DNA of 64,000 nt from Schmidtea nova. Lineage: Eukaryota. Below are positions 62,229-64,000 of the stretch, one piece after another (the first letter of the stretch is position 1; the number at the start of each line of letters is the position of its first letter). The position numbers and the translations under genes were made by a program. Below the pieces are notes generated by a model. It saw only the letters and a program-made list of their open reading frames with translations. It was not told the origin of the DNA and did no database searches. The DNA lies in NCBI GenBank assembly GCA_044892505.1, contig CM097884.1:86056001-86120000 (forward strand). The letters are read 5' to 3'.

Positions 62229-62600
62229 AAATGACAGATAATAGACAGATAATAGACTGATAAATAAGGGATAAATGAAAGAAAGATAAATGAAAGATAA
62301 ATGAAAGATAAATGAAATATAAATGAAAGATAAATGAAAGATAGATAAATGAAAGATAGATAAATGAAAGATAAATGAATGACAGATGAATGACAGATAA
62401 ATGACAGATAAATGACAGATAAATGACAGATAAATGACAGATAAATGACCGATAAATGACAGATAAATGACAGATAAATGACAGATAAATGACAGATAAA
62501 TGACAGATAAATGACAGATAAATGACAGATAAATGACAGATAAATGACAGATAAATGACAGATAAATGACAGATAAATGACAGATAAATGACAGATAAAT
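62229..62600. repeat. 11-bp minisatellite (GATAAATGACA)n / (GATAAATGAAA)n
   Basis: Direct reading, roughly 30 units. Confidence 0.95.
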
Positions 62601-63252
62601 GAATATATAAATGAATATATAAATATTCAGTACTGACATTATAAAATAAGTATTTCTTTATTAATAATTGATAATATTTGTGACAAAAATTATGGGTTAT
62701 TAGTTATTTTTCTCTTTTCTTTAAAAGTTAATTGGATTCATTTAAATTATAATAATGTAAGACAATTAAGAAAATTAAAATTCAAAAAATATATTTAATT
62801 ATACCTGTTCAGCTTCTAAATTTATTAATAAACTTTTGAAAATTTTTTTATTTTTTAATTTTATTATTAATCATTGAATTGCTCGGAAATTTTAAAAAAT
62901 CATGTATAATAAAGGAAAATGAAAAATAAAATTGCTTTATTAAAAACATGTTGTATATTTACTAGTTAATAAAAATCTTTGTGATTTTGTTTTAGATAAA
63001 ACAAATTTTTATCCTATGCATATTTTTAATATTTGACTTTATTTATATTAGAGTTTTGGAGTTTTTCGATTGAATTTATATAAATCAAGTTAATCACTAA
63101 TTTTTTAATATATTTTTAAAAAATTGTATGATGTGGAATTCTAATGGCAGACTGCTAATAGACTGTTGACAAATTAACTTGTCACATTGATAAAAATTAT
63201 TACCAGATAACCAGCATTTAACTTTAAAATTTACCGAAAATTATTGTATATA

Positions 63253-63594
63253 CAGGAATACCTCGCATAGTACGGTTTCGATCAGTACGGTTTCTCTATA
63301 GAACGGTTTTGAAATTTTCAAAATATGATTGTTTTTAAAATGATTAAATAAAATTTTCGAAATTTAAAAAAGTTTTTTTAAATTAATTTTTTAGAATTTA
63401 TTCATTATTATAAAATCAATAGATCAATAATACATCAAAGTTGTTGGTTTTATATTTTTAATCGTAGAGTATGTTGACTTTTTTACGGTACTTAGCCGTA
63501 AATTTATTAGCGCCAGAATGCCTCGAATAGTTCGGTTTCAAATAGTACGGCTAAATTCCAGAACCGATTAACCGTAATGTTCGAGATATTCCTG
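63253..63594. mobile_element. Tigger/pogo-like MITE
   Basis: TIR CAGGAATACCTCG/CGAGATATTCCTG with TA flanks. Confidence 0.8.
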
Positions 63595-63627
<33 letters not shown>

Positions 63628-64000
63628 ATATAATTAAATCTCTAAATAAATAAACTTTTTTGAGTTCATGATTTCATTTATTTTTTCAGATTATAGATCA
63701 ATATTTTTCGACACTTTAAACTGCCCCCAGAATAAAAGAGAACAAATGAAATCGTGAATAAAAAGTCAAAGATGAAGATAAAAGATTATTATGAAACGTT
63801 TTAATATCTTTAAATAATATGTAAATGCAAACTAGGTTTTGGGATAGATCTAGTTTAGACAGAGATGTGACTAGTGTGAGTGCTAAACGAGTTCTTAAAA
63901 CAGCGATGCCCAAACATATTTTAACTCGGGTCAAAATCTCAAGATTCAACTGGCCAAATTTGTTTTCGCAATCAAATATATAAAAATAAATACAAATAAT

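Noticed and set aside
62184-62639. 151-aa hydrophobic repeat ORF
   Set aside because: Translation of the 11-bp minisatellite.

Overview
Very AT-rich eukaryotic (probably invertebrate; a planarian- or hydra-like genome is a guess) draft sequence with six N gaps and no recognisable intact host gene. It is a nested transposon graveyard. It holds at least five degraded Polinton/Maverick remnants (packaging ATPase, integrase with chromodomain, minor and major capsid, adenain protease, pPolB), an intact mariner, decayed Tc1, hAT and MULE transposons, Ty3/Gypsy and BEL/Pao pieces, several MITEs and satellites. Five things stand out. (1) Four diverged solo-LTR-like elements (1.4-3.5 kb, TG..CA ends, 4-bp TSDs in three) share a minus-strand CCAAT/TATA promoter, covarying RNA hairpin arrays and a conserved GNRA-hairpin RNA motif; three encode a ~200-aa coiled-coil/basic/acidic protein inside the LTR. 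(2) A TBP-like gene sits head-to-head with the ATPase in two Polinton copies. (3) A type I hammerhead ribozyme lies in a ~165-nt multibranch fold that also contains a U1-5'-end mimic. (4) A ~220-bp hairpin-plus-tail element has 14-16 bp TSDs. (5) An intron-containing, self-promoted antisense gene is lodged in a Gypsy pol. All calls come from manual reading; no database search was run, so novelty is unverified and remnant boundaries are approximate.
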